Assembly: GCF_018350175.1 (NCBI RefSeq)
Contig: NC_058378.1
Span: 2,046,001-2,110,000 of the forward strand
Reading direction: 5' to 3'
Origin: Felis catus
Lineage: Eukaryota
DNA length: 64,000 bases
Part shown: piece after piece, positions 52,015 to 64,000 of the stretch
Layout: each line of letters starts with the position of its first letter
Numbering within the stretch: the stretch's first letter is position 1
Position numbers and translations under genes: made by a program
The notes under the pieces: model-generated
What the model saw: the letters and a program-made list of their open reading frames with translations, nothing else
What the model was told of the DNA's origin: nothing
The model's database searches: none

Positions 52015-52158
52015 CTATGTGAAATGATGGATGTGTTCATTAGCTTGATTCTTGTAACAACTTCACAGTGTGTATGTATATCAAAATAACATGTTGTACA
52101 CCATAAATATATAGGATTTTTATTTGTCAATTATACCCCAGTCAAGATGGAGGAAATA
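50974..52158. mobile_element. L1MA-like element: antisense segment 50974-~51454 joined to sense 3' end ~51455-52158 (probable 5' inversion)
   Basis: Both segments start at the same L1 position (ctggatcatatg / catgtgatccag). The sense part ends tttatttgtcaattatacc and contains a (CA)n at ~51980-52013. Confidence 0.72.
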
Positions 52159-52159
52159 C

Positions 52160-52779
52160 ACTACTCGTGGCTGTAGCAAAGTATCTGGCTAAGCTATTGG
52201 CCCACTCTCCAGAGTGAATTTTCTAATTTTAGTGTCCTTCGCAATCCGGATGGAACAAGAACATTCCAGATCACCGAGTTCTTGTTCCTTTTTCTTAACG
52301 ATTCCTCATTCGGTTCATCTCCTTGCTCTCTTGTGTTATTTCAAGCAGCCAGGAGACACCTACCTGCACCTTCACTGCTTTGCTTGGGACTCCTCAACTA
52401 AATATGCAAGTTCATTATCTACACATTCTGCATTCCTCATAACTGTGGGGGCACGGCCTCACCGAGTTTCCTCCACTATAGACTCACCTGCCCCCCATTT
52501 CTGTTAGCGTGGTCTTCACTTCCTTCTGAGGCCTCACCAGAAGCGACTTCAACCTTTATCTCTGCCAACATGCTGTCCGTGACAATTCGTGTGTTCTCCA
52601 AGATGACCGAAGTCTTCTCTATCATGCTCCTGACTACACTCGGGGCTCTTGCAAGTCTCCAGGCCTGGTTTATGTGGCATCTCAGATTCTCCCAGCTTCC
52701 ACCCGTTACCCAAATCCAAAAGCCACTTCCATGTTTTGAATTATTTTTACTGCAGCACCAGATTCCAGGTATGAAGATC
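52160..52779 (-). mobile_element. MLT1 internal (MaLR-int) fragment abutting its LTR
   Basis: Ends gcagcaccagattccaggtatgaagatc|tgtatt, resembling the MaLR int/LTR junction gcagcaccccactcctggtaccaatttc|tgtatt. Confidence 0.55.
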
Positions 52780-52854
52780 TGTATTTGTTTACGTGAGCTT
52801 CCACAAAAAGTGCCTCAAACTTGATGACTTCACATGATAGAAATGTATTCTCTT

Positions 52855-53262
52855 GCCAAAGCATAAGAGACTCTTAAAAACTGAGAACATGGGGCGCCTG
52901 GGTGGCGCAGTCGGTTAAGCGTCCGACTTCAGCCAGGTCACGATCTCGCGGTCCGTGAGTTCGAGCCCCGCGTCAGGCTCTGGGCTGATGGCTCAGAGCC
53001 TGGAGCCTGTTTCCGATTCTGTGTCTCCCTCTCTCTCTGGCCCTCCCCCGTTCATGATCTGTCTCTCTCTGTCCCAAAAATAAGTAAACGTTGAAAAAAA
53101 AAATTTAAAAAATAAAAACTGAGAACAAACTGAGGGTTGATGGGGGTGGGAGGGAGGGGAGGATGGGTGATGGGTATTGAGGAGGGCACTTTTTGGGATG
53201 AGCACTGGGTGTTGTATGGAAACCAGTTTGACAATAAATTTCATATATTGAAGAAAAAAAAA
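52855..53262 (+). mobile_element. Very short 5'-truncated felid L1 3' end (contains a SINE)
   Basis: L1 3'UTR G-rich tract and gacaataaatttcatatattgaagaaaa tail. Perfect 16-bp TSD agaaatgtattctctt at 52839-52854 and 53263-53278. Confidence 0.9.
52891..53112 (+). mobile_element. Young felid Can-SINE
   Basis: CpG-intact. Perfect 15-bp TSD taaaaactgagaaca at 52875-52889 and 53113-53127. Confidence 0.97.
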
Positions 53263-53664
53263 AGAAATGTATTCTCTTACGGCTCTGGGGGTCAGAAGTC
53301 AAAGCCCATGTGTGTGTAGGGCTGCTTTCCTGAGGCCCAGGGGTACCCCATCCCTTGTCCTTCCCACGTCTGGTGGCAGCTACTTTCCTTGCCGGTGGCT
53401 ACTCACCGCCCCTCCCCATCCGTCCTCCATCCTCAGTGTCCCCTCCCTCCCATGTAGCCCTCTTCCGCGGTTCTCACGTCAGGACATTTGTCAACACTTA
53501 GGTTCCCCCCCCCCCCCACATCTGCTGCTGTCATCTCATCCCCAGGTCTTTAACTTAATTACATCTGGAAGAGCTCTTTTTACAAATAAGGCACTTGCAC
53601 AGATTCCAGAGAGTGGGACTTGAACACTTGTCTCTGGGGGCCACCATTCAGCTCACTGCAGAGT

Positions 53665-56325
53665 GTACTGACATCTTGTTGACTGAAGTCTCCGGATCCG
53701 CGAACACGTGCTGTATTTCCACTTCTTCACCCTTTAAATCTTCCAACAACCTTTGTAGTTTTTAGAGTATAAGGTTTGCACTTCTTTGGTTCAATTTATC
53801 CCTTAGGTTTTCATTCTTTTTTATGCTCCTCTACATGGAACTGCGTTCTTAATATCATTTCAGATAGTTCATTGCAGGTATATAACAATGAACTTGTGAT
53901 TTTGTATCTTGCTGAACACATTTGTCAGATCTAATTTTTTACTGGATTCCTTGGGGCTTTCTGTATACAAGGTCATATCACGTGCAAATGGAGGTGACCT
54001 TCCCGACTTTCCTGTCCAGGCTGCTTGCCTCGTATTTTGTCCCTTCCTGGCTGGAGCCTCCATATGGCGGGAGTGGAGGCATGGACATCCATGCCTTCTT
54101 CTTGTTCCTCTTCATTTTGCTGATCTTTTAAGAGTACCAAGTTTTCTACTGTGTATTCTCTGTTTTGTTAATTTTCACACGCATCTCTCTTTATTCCATT
54201 TCTTCTGCTTGGTTCAGGTTCTGTTTGCTCTTCCTAATTTAGTGTCTTGTGTCTTGTGGTGGGAGGGTAGGTTACTGATTTGATATCCTCCTGTCAAAAA
54301 ATTCATGCATAGGCAACTAAAAATCCCCCGTAAGCCCTGCTTTAGCTAGATCCAAGAGGTTTTGGTATATTTTGTCTTCATATTCGTTCACTTGAAGGTG
54401 TTTCCTAATTTTCTGGTGATTTCGCCTTTGGCTATTTAGAAACGTGTTGTTTACTCTCCCATATTTTTTCCTTGCCTAATCCTTTCTTCTTCAAGTCAAG
54501 TCCACTATTGAGCCCCTTCACTGAATTTTTCATAAATGTTCTTGTACTTTTCAGTTCCGTCATTTTTATTTGGTCCTTTTTTAAAATATGATTTCTCTGT
54601 GCTTCTTGGTATTGTATGTTTGAAGACGTATGTAATCATACCTTCCTTTACTTCCTTTAGGATGATGTCCTATAATCCTTTCAACATATTTATACTAGCT
54701 GCTTTGAAGTTTTTTAAAATCTGAAATCTGGTCCCTTCAAAGACAGTTTCTGTAGCCTGGTTAATTGTGTTTTGTTTCTGTGTATGGGTCACATTTTCCT
54801 GTCTCTGTGTACCTCCTAGTTTTTCTGTTTTCGTGTTGAAATTTGGATGTTTTTGATAATGTAGCCACTCTGCATATACTTTCCTACCCTCCCCCGGGAC
54901 TTGTTATGGTCGTTCACGTGCGTATCGGTGGCTGGCTGGACCATTTCGGTGAAGCCTAGCTTCTGAGCACCGCGAAGGCTGTGTTGTTCCTAGAGGGCAC
55001 GGTGGCGTGCACACCGTCACCGGGGGACGCTGCTGGCTTTAGCAGGGCTCCGTGTCTCCTTCCTGAGCACCCCAGCCTCTCAGCTCCGCTAAGCTGACAG
55101 GTCCTGCTCCGCCGTCTCCCACAAGAGCCAGCAGCAGACGTCATTTCAGGAACTGATCCAGTTACATTCTGGCTCCAGCAGAGGCGTTGTTTCTGAAGCC
55201 CCAGTCTGAAGTCTGTTCTGTTGCCACAAGGACTTCCTGGGTCACCTCTTCCCTGTTTCTGTCTGGAAAACTTCCTGCCCTGTGGCTTAGCCCAGATCTC
55301 TAGTAAAGCTGTGGGTCCCCTCTTCATTCCTTCTCACCAAAACCATTCTTTTGGAGAGTATCCTTAGGATGGAAGTTTCTCACACTCTGTTTCAAGCTGG
55401 GGAGCGCTTCTGCAGCCTGTCCCTCCCCCGGGCTGTTGATCTGAAGCCGGTACTGGGGAGGGTGGCCCATTTTGGGGTGACACTGCTGCCTCGGAAGCAG
55501 GGCTCTGGGGAAGGGTGGCAGTCTCTGGTCTTCAGGTTTCCCTGCCTCTGTACGCAGAGGAGAAGGGAGCCTCTGCTCTGAGAGGGAGCCAGAGCACGGG
55601 TGGGGGAAGTGAGAAATGTGGATGTTCCCCCACCCCCCCCCCACCCAGGAGGTGCTGTGCCCTTCCCCTGGAAGGAGGAGAGGGAGTCCAGCGTTGGGCT
55701 TCACCCATCTACGTGAATCCCCATCGTCCTGGTCCTGGGCTCCGGGGTGCGCGGGCGGGAGAGAGGTGGGAGTTCATGGTTCGAATGCCACAGACTCGTC
55801 TTCTTACTCAGTACTAGTAGGTTTTCCTGAATAAATGTTTCCCCATTTGCAGTGTATTTTTAAGACCATTTCATGAAATGTTGTGTGTTCGTTCTTCTTT
55901 TTTTTCCACCAGTTGCTACGGTCTGAATGTTCGTTTCCCCTAAAAATTCACATGTTGCAATCTCCATGCCCTATGTAAAGGTATCAGGGGTGGGGCTTCT
56001 GGGAGGTGATTAGGCTGTGAAGGGGGAACCCTCATTAATGGGATTAGTGTCCTTATACAAGAGACCCCGCAGGGCTCCCTCACCCCTCCACGTAAGGGCT
56101 CATGAGAAGGACAGGGTTATGAGCCCAGAAGACCTCACCGGAATGTAACCACGCTGGTGTCTTCATTTTGGAAGTCCAGTCTGCATAAGGAAGCAAATTT
56201 CTGTGGTTCGTAAGCTACCCGATTTATGGTATTTTGTTAGAGCAGCTTGAACAGACAAGGACACTAGTCATACATCTTCCATAGAAAGCATGTCTGCACC
56301 GGTCCTCTGCTTTGCCATCCTGAAG
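53665..56325 (-). mobile_element. Ancient, heavily deleted L1M (ORF2 pieces through 5'UTR), interrupted by an MLT1A LTR
   Basis: Antisense L1 motifs (ttttgtatcttgctgaac, atatcacgtgcaaat, tttggtatattttgtcttcatattcgttc), GC-rich UTR-like segment, and possible 5' terminus ctttgccatcctg at ~56310-56322. Confidence 0.55.
55914..56263 (+). mobile_element. Solo MLT1A-like MaLR LTR
   Basis: TG...CA termini (tgctacggtctgaatgt ... gacaaggaca), aatgggattagtgtccttata, 5-bp TSD ccagt/ctagt. Confidence 0.9.
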
Positions 56326-56549
56326 AGAGGCTGAGAGATCTTAATTTTAATTGGATAAATTCTATTTGGTTTTGTAACAGAAAAAAAAAAAGGCCAATTA
56401 TTTTACACCATCACAATTAGGCTAAACACTTAAAATAATGAGAAAGATGATTAATTTGATAATTTTTGTCTTTCAAAGTATTTGTCAAAGGAAAATACTC
56501 TTAATTCACATAAGTTGCAGTAATCATTTTGAAAATAATGTGCTTTTTA

Positions 56550-56738
56550 GGGGCACCCGGGTGGCTCAGTCGGTTAAGCGGCTGACTTCGGCTCAGGTCA
56601 TGATCTCGCGGTTCGTGGGTTCGAGCCCCACGTCGGGCTCTGTGATGACAGCTCGGAGCCTGGAGCCTCCTTCGGATTCTGTGTCTCCCCATCTCTCTCT
56701 CTCAAAAACAAATATTGAAATTTTTTTTTAAAAAAAAA
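56550..56738 (+). mobile_element. Can-SINE (felid type)
   Basis: Full head. Flanks atgtgcttttta / acatgcttttta. Confidence 0.95.
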
Positions 56739-57843
56739 ATACATGCTTTTTAAAAGTCTTGAACAGTTATTTTGTGGAGCTGCACACAATTTGGAATTTA
56801 CTCACGTCAGCCTCCCATTTACAGATTAACTGTGCATATTGTGTCTGTTGCCGGAGGGGTTGAGTGGCTTTTCCCAAGCTATTTAGTAGCAGAAAGAAGT
56901 GGAATCCAAATATTTGAACTAGTCGTTCAGGGCAAACGGTCGGTTAAGGGCAGACTCGCACAGCGGCTTTGTCACACACATCGCCCATCAGCTCGGCCGT
57001 AGGGAGGACCCCTGTCCCCCACTTGGAGTGTGCTCTTCCTCAGTGGCCTAGGGAAGCGTGTGAGCGTGGAGCTTTCGTACCTGCTACTTTATTAAAGGCA
57101 AATAAGCAAACAGCAGCACAGTAGAGCTTGGGTACCCCGCAGGTGGGTTTGGGATTTGGCTCTGGTCTCTGGGCAGGGGCAGGGCCGGGAGGGGAATGTC
57201 TAGGAAGCGTCAATGGTGATCTCTTGAGACCATCTTAGCTGGGTTGTAGACTCAGCCCATGATCTTAATTGCATTTGTGTGTGTCTGTGTGTGTGTGTGT
57301 GTGCGCACGCACAACACGACAAACTGATTTAAAATATGGTGGAGCTGTTTTGTTAAGGGCGTGGTCCTTTATTTTATACAACTGAGTATTAGAGCTCAGT
57401 TTCATAGATCAGTTTTCCAGGTGGACCCAAGCACCAAACAGAGCTAATGCTGCATCACTGGTGATTGGCCAGACTGGTGGGTCCTGTACACGTGGAGGGA
57501 GGGGGCTGGACGGTCAGAGGCAGGGATGCAAGGAGCCGGGTTCACGGGACGTGTCAGCACCGCAAACCTTTGAGGCCTGGAGTCCCAGAGGGAGGTGGCC
57601 GGACAGAGGCGGGGTGGGGGGGTGGCTGAGGGGACAGGTCTCACTCAAACGTTTCTCTTAAGGCCCCAGCTGTGAAGACACAACCCAGAGAGGGCTTCCT
57701 GAACTGAGGGCATTCATTAGAAATGAAACACAGGATGTCCTCGAATCTCCTGTGGTTTCATAGTGCTGAAATAAGTGTTGTTATTTTGGTCTCCCCTTTA
57801 CCTTGTCTTACTGAAAGCAAATCTTTAAGTACTATGTAGAGTA

Positions 57844-58015
57844 GGGGCAGCTGGGTAGCTCCTTCGGTTAAGCATCATCCGACTTTGGCCCAGGTCACGA
57901 TCTCCCGGTTTCCTGAGTTCCAGCCCCATGTCGGGCTCTGTGCAGACAGCCTAGAGCCTGGAGCCTGATTTGGATTCTGTGTCTCCCTCTCTCTCTCTGC
58001 CCCTCCCCCATTCAT

Positions 58016-58067
<52 letters not shown>

Positions 58068-58130
58068 GCTCTCGCTCTCTCTCCCTCTCAAAAATAAATA
58101 AACATTTAAAATGAGATAAAATAAATAATA
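57844..58130 (+). mobile_element. Can-SINE with expanded (CT)n
   Basis: Head, long CT tract at 58021-58090, A-rich tail. Confidence 0.93.
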
Positions 58131-59852
58131 TCTAGAATAATGAAAGTGTAAGTCTTCATCATCCCTTTCAGTCAAGCAGAAAATTTTATTTCTGCTCGGC
58201 TTTTATTTTCTGTCTGCTTAGCGACTTATTTAGCATCGAAAATCATGCAAATGTATGCAGACACAACGTCAACGAGCCCACCGTCTCGAAATGTCAGACT
58301 GACCTCAGTGATGGAAATCGGAAGGCTGGTTCCGTGGTGCCCTTTCTGAGCGATTTGTGATTGCCACTCACGAAGGCCCCCGTGCGCAGGGTCGCGCTGG
58401 AGGAGTGGGGCTCCCGCCACGCTGTCCCCTGCAGCCAGGTCACTGCACGGTGAGGGGAGCCGCACCTGCGGGGCCCACGCACCCTGGGACACGTGCCTAA
58501 GGACAGAACTTCGGGGACGGGGACGGTGCCAAATGACTCAGTTCAAAGTGTGTTATACAGAACCGTGTGGTGCTCTTTTGGCCCGGATAGAGGCTCGTCA
58601 GGGCGCCTGCACTCACCTTATTCCTGCTCTGTGGGAGGGCGGTGGGGCACATGCTCTTCCTTGACCTTGTGTGTCATGGGTCACGGAAGGGAGAGCCTCA
58701 GGCAGCTTGGCAACTGTGACCATTAAGTAACTGAAGTTTGAAATCCTGACTCTCTTTCTCCACCTTGGCCAACAGCTTGTGGGGCCCGCAGCGCCCAGCC
58801 CTTTCCAGCACCCAAACGTCTCATATGAGAGACAGGAGTTTGCTTGGGAAAGCACCAAAAATGGCTCAACAAAATAGTATTTAATCCCTCATGGTACTCA
58901 TGGCTCACGGTCTTTAAACTGCTTTCATGCATTGTACCCACGTGAACCGTAGAACAGCTCCACACGGCAGAGGGTGTGGGTGTAACTGTCTGCGGCGGGA
59001 GAACCCTGCGAGTGTAGCCTGCTCTCCCCTGGAAGTGTCAGCATGTCCAGATGCGTGTGGTGCTGGGACATGCTCATTAGGAGTGTACCTACCTGAAGGT
59101 CACAGAACCTCCGGGAGAGATGTCTTTAGAGGGAAAAAGATGAAAGTTGCCAAGTTTACTTTCAAGGACGATGGATCGGGATCGGCAGGGTAGCATATTT
59201 ACAAGCATAGAATCGTATTTATATCCGAGGTGTTCCTGGGACTCAGGACCCATAAAGGCGCATGTCCACATCGTAGGGCAAGAGCGTCACAACCAGAGTT
59301 TCTCTGTATGAGAAGTCCCCCCGAGATGCTGACTTTGCAGGACACGGGCAGCATCCGCTGTGCAGGCAGCAGCGACCCCGCGTCGGTGAAGCCCGTGGGG
59401 GCAGGTGCTGGGAACTGGTCTGTGCAGGGCACACTTTCGCCGATGGTAGGCAGGGGCGTCTCCATTGGTTTGTCAGCCTGTGCTCCCCTCCGCACCCGCC
59501 CGCAGCGGGGCCTCTTCCCCCCTGGAGGACAGTCAAGGGCAGACGGCCCACGCCACAGTGAAGCTGTCTGCTTGCTTCTGTTGCGCGCTCTGGGGTATCG
59601 CCGGTCCGGATCATTTTTAAATTTCTAAGTTTATGTATTCTTGAACCACAAGCATCGTTTAAACATTGAAGCCCAGGACCACTCTAAATGTAGGCCTTCA
59701 TTTTGAGTCTCCCGGGCTTTTGTTCTCCTTTCATTTAACCTGCGATCTCCAGAACGGAAAGTTTGACATCTTTCTGGGGTAACAGGTGGATTTTTCTAAC
59801 GTCTTCCTACATTGATGGTATTGGCTGTCACGGGGTCAGCTCGTACATGATA

Positions 59853-59990
59853 TGCCGCGATGTCCACATAACACGCCATTGTGTCCACAAATTACGCCAT
59901 TGTGTCCACATAATATGCTGCGATGTCCACATAATACATTGTGGTGTCCATGTAATAAGCTGTGACGTTCACATAATAGGCCGTGATGTG
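59853..59990. repeat. 21-bp minisatellite (~6.5 copies)
   Basis: Units start at 59853, 59874, 59895, 59916, 59937, 59958 and 59979. Core tgtccacataata. Confidence 0.9.
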
Positions 59991-60559
59991 CTCCTGTCAT
60001 TACCTGACACATCCGTTCGTGCACGAGTCCTTAGCTCTGACAGCTCCCACCATCTCCACTCCGGACCCCTGGAGCACATTCCGTGTCTCTCCTGGAATAC
60101 GTTTTCAGTCCTCTTCTTTACCTCAGCCCCAGTGCTCCCCCCGCCTTGGCAAAAGCAGGTGTGCACTGCCCTCTTGTCACTGGGGTAGACACAAGTCACA
60201 CGAGGTGTGTTAGCTCATTCTCTTTGTGAGCCCGGCCGTCCTCCACTTTGTGGAAACGGCGATGTGTACGTCACTGTGGGGCCGGGGGCTCTTCCTAGGT
60301 ATCACACCCTGAACTGCGTCAGTGCTTCTCGTGACATCTTTGAGCAAGTACTGGATTCCTACCATGAACCACAAAGCCTGGCCATGCTTTGTCCATCACC
60401 AGCCTTTCTGGACAGATAGCGCAGGTTCCGTCGCTGTCTGTACTCTCTGTGCGGGTCGGGGGGGCCTGCAGGGTCCGGCCACCCAAACCCCTGCCATCAC
60501 ATCCTGCCTGCCCGGCCTACCTGTGCCTCAGAGTCTCTCAGATGCTGGAAAACCTATCA

Positions 60560-60990
60560 CTTCTCAAAGGACACTGTCCCGCCTCCCCACATCCACACCC
60601 TGTGTCATCCTCTGCCTCATTATGGCTAGAATGCTGGAGAAGGGCGGTGTGTGGCTTCCAGGTTTCGGTTACAAAAGGCTAAGTCTTCTGCCTCTGTGTC
60701 TGTCCCTCCCCACCTGCTCTGGAGAAAGCATTCGGGTGAGGGGTCCTGTGGACAGACACCCTGGCGGGGCACTGATGTCTCTCACTGAGGCCCTGACAAG
60801 GACTGTGGCTGGAGCCCCACGAGTTCCTCCCCTGTAACTCAGCCTGGAGATGACTTCCATCTTTGATCGCAGCCCAACGAGAGTCCTGTCTCCGGTGAGC
60901 TCCCGGATTCCTGACGCCCGAGAACTGGACAAAGCGGATGCTTACCGCTCCACGCCATGAAATGTGGGGCAATGCAGTATTTTTTTTTTT
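60560..60990 (+). mobile_element. MLT1F/G-like LTR, diverged
   Basis: gtgtgtggcttccagg...gttacaaaagg...gctctggagaaagc...ggagatgac...tcccggattcctgac. Confidence 0.55.
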
Positions 60991-61199
60991 TTTAAGGAGC
61001 CGACAAATTGATTTCCTACAAGTTTCACGTGACAGGCAGAGCCCCTCCTGAGGAAACCAAGACCCTGAGAAGTGGCCAAACCTAAACACTTGTATATTGG
61101 GTTGAACAAGGAGAAGTGATGGTGGACGACTAACTGAACTACATGGGGAGGCTAAAGGATGATGAGGATTTTAAAACCAACGAAACCAACCAACCAAGA

Positions 61200-61590
61200 T
61201 CTGTTCTCCTCTAGAATTCTCTCCATTTCTCCTCCTGTCCTTGAGGATAAGAATGTCACTCCCCTGGTGGCATAGGAAAGACATCCTGGGGCGGGGGGTG
61301 CCTGTGCTCTCTGGAAGGGAGCCTTGGTCTTTTCTCCGTATTATATACTGGAGCCAGACTGGGAAAGCCGGACCTGGGACTGAAGCCCACTCTGCTATTA
61401 GAGTCTTTCTGAGAATTGAGTCCAGATGTGGAAAGAATCAGAGCCCAGAGGCTGAAATTGGGACAGATCTTCGATGGTAATGGAATCCCTGGTGCCTCAG
61501 AATTCTTAATTATGTGACAGTTTTCTGCTTTGCTTCTATTAATCTAAGTGTGTCGTTTGTCACTTGTAGCTAAAACAATCTGCAATAACA
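61200..61590 (+). mobile_element. Old MLT1-type LTR fragment
   Basis: 3' end tgtcacttgtagctaaaacaatctgcaataaca resembles old MLT1 termini. Confidence 0.4.
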
Positions 61591-61694
61591 CATCCTCCAA
61601 ACTTACCTGGAGCCTTCAGAGAGCTGCCTTTATACTCAGGTTTTCCCTGTCGTCCGGGATCCGCTCATTCGTTCACTCTGCCAGACCGATGGCT

Positions 61695-62080
61695 GGATGC
61701 GATGTGTATGTCGGTGAGTCTGGGGCACCCAGGAGACACGGTGCTTCTGGGTGCATGCGCCCCAGTGTTTCCTGATGGGGCTGGCTCAGTAAAGCGGGTT
61801 GTCCTCCGGATGTGGGTGGGCACCCTCCACTCCTCGGAGGAAGCAGAGGAAGGTGAGGTTCGCCCTGTTTTGCCAACCACTTGAGCGGAGACACCAGTCT
61901 GGCCTGTCCGGGCTGTTCCTGGCTCTCAGGCCACGAGCCCTCCTGGCCTGCAGCTCACACACAGCTGATCTCGGGGCTTGTGTGCCTCCACAGTCACAGG
62001 AGCCCATTCATTACAATAAGTCTTTTCCTGTATACAAATCCCATCAGTTCCCTTTGTCTAGAGAGGCCACACTGATGTCC
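61695..62080 (+). mobile_element. MLT2 (ERV-L) solo LTR
   Basis: cagtaaagcgggttgtcctccggatgtgggtgggg, cagaggaaggtgaggttcgcc, gcctccacagtcacaggagcccattcattacaataag. Confidence 0.72.
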
Positions 62081-62109
62081 TAGTTATTCTTTAAGACTCA
62101 GTTGAGATT

Positions 62110-62334
62110 GGGGCTCCTGGGAGGCTCAGTCGGCTAAATCTCCGACTCTTCGTTTCGGCTCAGGTCACGATCGCATGGTTCATGGGATAGAGCCCCGCAT
62201 CAGACTCTGTGCTGACAGTGCAGGGCCTGCTTGGGATTCTCTCTTTCTCTCTCTATCTATGCGCCTCCCCCACTTGTAGGTGTGTGCTCTCTTTCTCTCT
62301 GTCTCTCTCAAAAATAAATAAACTTAAAAAAAAA
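62110..62334 (+). mobile_element. Can-SINE
   Basis: Full element. Degenerate TSD aagactcagttgagatt / aagactccgtcaagatt. Confidence 0.94.
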
Positions 62335-63599
62335 AGACTCCGTCAAGATTGATTTGTTTATTTTTGTTTAAAGACTCTTCTGATCATTGTAAATCCACTC
62401 ATACATCCACGTTCTTTGAACAAACCATTAGGTGAATTTGGCTCTTAGAATAACCTGTTTCTCCATATTTGACCTAGTGTCAAAAGAAATGGTGTATTAA
62501 AATAATAACCATTCATTCATTCATGACATAGTAGTTTCTAATTATGTGTCCCAAAGAAGGAAGTTCGTATTTGATGTAGTACTCAGGGAAATAATTATTC
62601 TCCTATATTGAATTATAACCATTTGTCACTGTAGCCTTATAAGCCCCTAGTACTCACCAAAGAGAGGTGATACGCTTGATTTGTGGACATGTGATAGGTA
62701 TACCAGTATTAAATGCCTTTTCTGATTTTTAGAATATCATCATAATTAGTAATGAACTTTTTTTTTACCAGACATCTCTCTGAATGGCAGTCAAAATCAT
62801 AGCTAACTTTATTTATCTTTTTATGAACACATTAAAAATAAAGATAGAATTTTCTCCTTTTATACAAACCTTACTGAAATAAACGCTTACTTAGAAGCTT
62901 GGGAAATAACCTGGCATCTTCTCCCAAATAAAATGCATATGCTTTGCTGCATGTGATAAGCACTTAAAAAACGACAGACGGGTCAATTTATTTCATATTT
63001 CGCACTGTAGTTTTTAAATATGTGCCAAATGCCGACAGTCATGAAGAGCAGTGGGGCTCAATGATCCCAGGATGAAGAGAACCTCTCCCTAGCCGGTGAC
63101 TGGGAACCAGCACAGCCACATGGGGTGGACGCCCTCTTCCACGCCTATGTCTCCCAGGGAAACACAAGAGAAAAGGGCGCAGCTCCTACCTCCCAGACTG
63201 TCATTATTTCCCTAAGTCCTCCAGGCCACTTCAGACAAAAGTACACTCTAACAAATGTCATTGGGTAAATAAAATATTTGAGACTTCTGGAAAATCTCCG
63301 GGTCTCTCTTCCAACTAAACTGACACGCCTCTCCCTCCCATGAAGGCATGGTGGGGCTGCACTGATTCAGCAGAACTTTGGTGGCAAGATATTTATTAAT
63401 TGTCTCAATGAGGAAAGGAAGAAAGCCAGAGAGCCAGGGAGTGGGGAGGGACGTTTAGAAGACGAGAAAGCAGGCAAAATTCTGGGGAAAGTGCAAAATA
63501 TCAGAATCCCGTGTTACAAAATAAGCATTCTTTATATATTTGAATGAGAATAGTTAAGTGTTTCACAAAATCATTTGTTATTCTTCTGGGAAATCCATC

Positions 63600-64000
63600 A
63601 AGACCACATTTTCCAGGATTCTGTGATGTCACTTGGGGCCGCGTGTCTAACCTGTACCAACGGGATGTTAGTTGCAGTAGTCACCTCATCTGAAGGGAAG
63701 TCCAGACTCCTTGACACACCCTAGCCTGGAGTCCTATGCTTCTTGCTCACTCTCCTTCTCATTCTCCCTCTCTCTCTCTTCGTCTCGAGAGACATTGGTG
63801 TTGACCTCCTGATTGGTGTTGATGAACGCGGCAGCCACTGGGGACATGTTAAGGTAAAATAAGCCATGTCTCTGAATCCTCAAGAAGAGGAGAAGGGCTT
63901 ACAGCAGAGCAGGAACAATATCTATTTTTGGACTTCATGTGAGCAAAACATAAACATCTCTCTCTATTTTGAGACATTTAGGACTTGGCTTTTAGAAACA
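63600..64000 (+). mobile_element. Old MLT1 (I/J-like) LTR fragment
   Basis: gcagccactggggacatg and ggacttcatgtgagcaaaacataaacatctc resemble old MLT1 motifs. Confidence 0.4.

Larger units (their letters stand above)
52780..53660 (-). mobile_element. MLT1 LTR interrupted by an L1 3' fragment and a SINE
   Basis: tgtatttgttt...agaaatgtattctctt[insert]acggctctgggggtcagaagtc...ggggccaccattcagctcactgca. Confidence 0.8.

Noticed and set aside
47500-59990. CRISPR-like interpretation of the hairpin duplication (47500) and the 21-bp repeat (59853)
   Set aside because: No unique spacers, no cas genes, eukaryotic context.
63750-63860. Pyrimidine tract plus AG...AAG|gtaaaa as a candidate exon (DIGVDLLIGVDERGSHWGHVK)
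   Set aside because: It appears to lie within an old MLT1-type LTR fragment and has no other support.

Overview
Mammalian genomic DNA, almost certainly from a felid, judged by about 18 carnivore tRNA-derived Can-SINEs, including young Felidae-type copies. The window looks intronic or intergenic and is dominated by transposon fossils. These include a full-length but decayed ~7.1 kb carnivore L1 (30063-37194, minus), a younger 5'-truncated L1, several ancient L1M pieces, three decayed ERV-L gag/pol remnants, MLT1/MLT2 LTRs, an internally deleted Tigger1, L2/MIR fragments, micro- and minisatellites, and five N-runs. I recognise no intact protein-coding gene, RNA gene or CRISPR array. The ORFs that resemble known proteins are broken L1 ORF1/ORF2, ERV-L Gag/RT, Tigger1 transposase or L2 RT. 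I found no convincing novel biological system. The best leads are a cluster of three palindromes carrying SOX and PBX/HOX motifs (2877-2969), a consensus CTCF site (17350), a hairpin-containing 35-bp duplication, a 21-bp VNTR, a probable twin-primed L1 inversion, and a SINE-in-L1-in-LTR nest. Repeat family names come from recalled consensus sequences, not a database search. Boundaries without a stated TSD are approximate.
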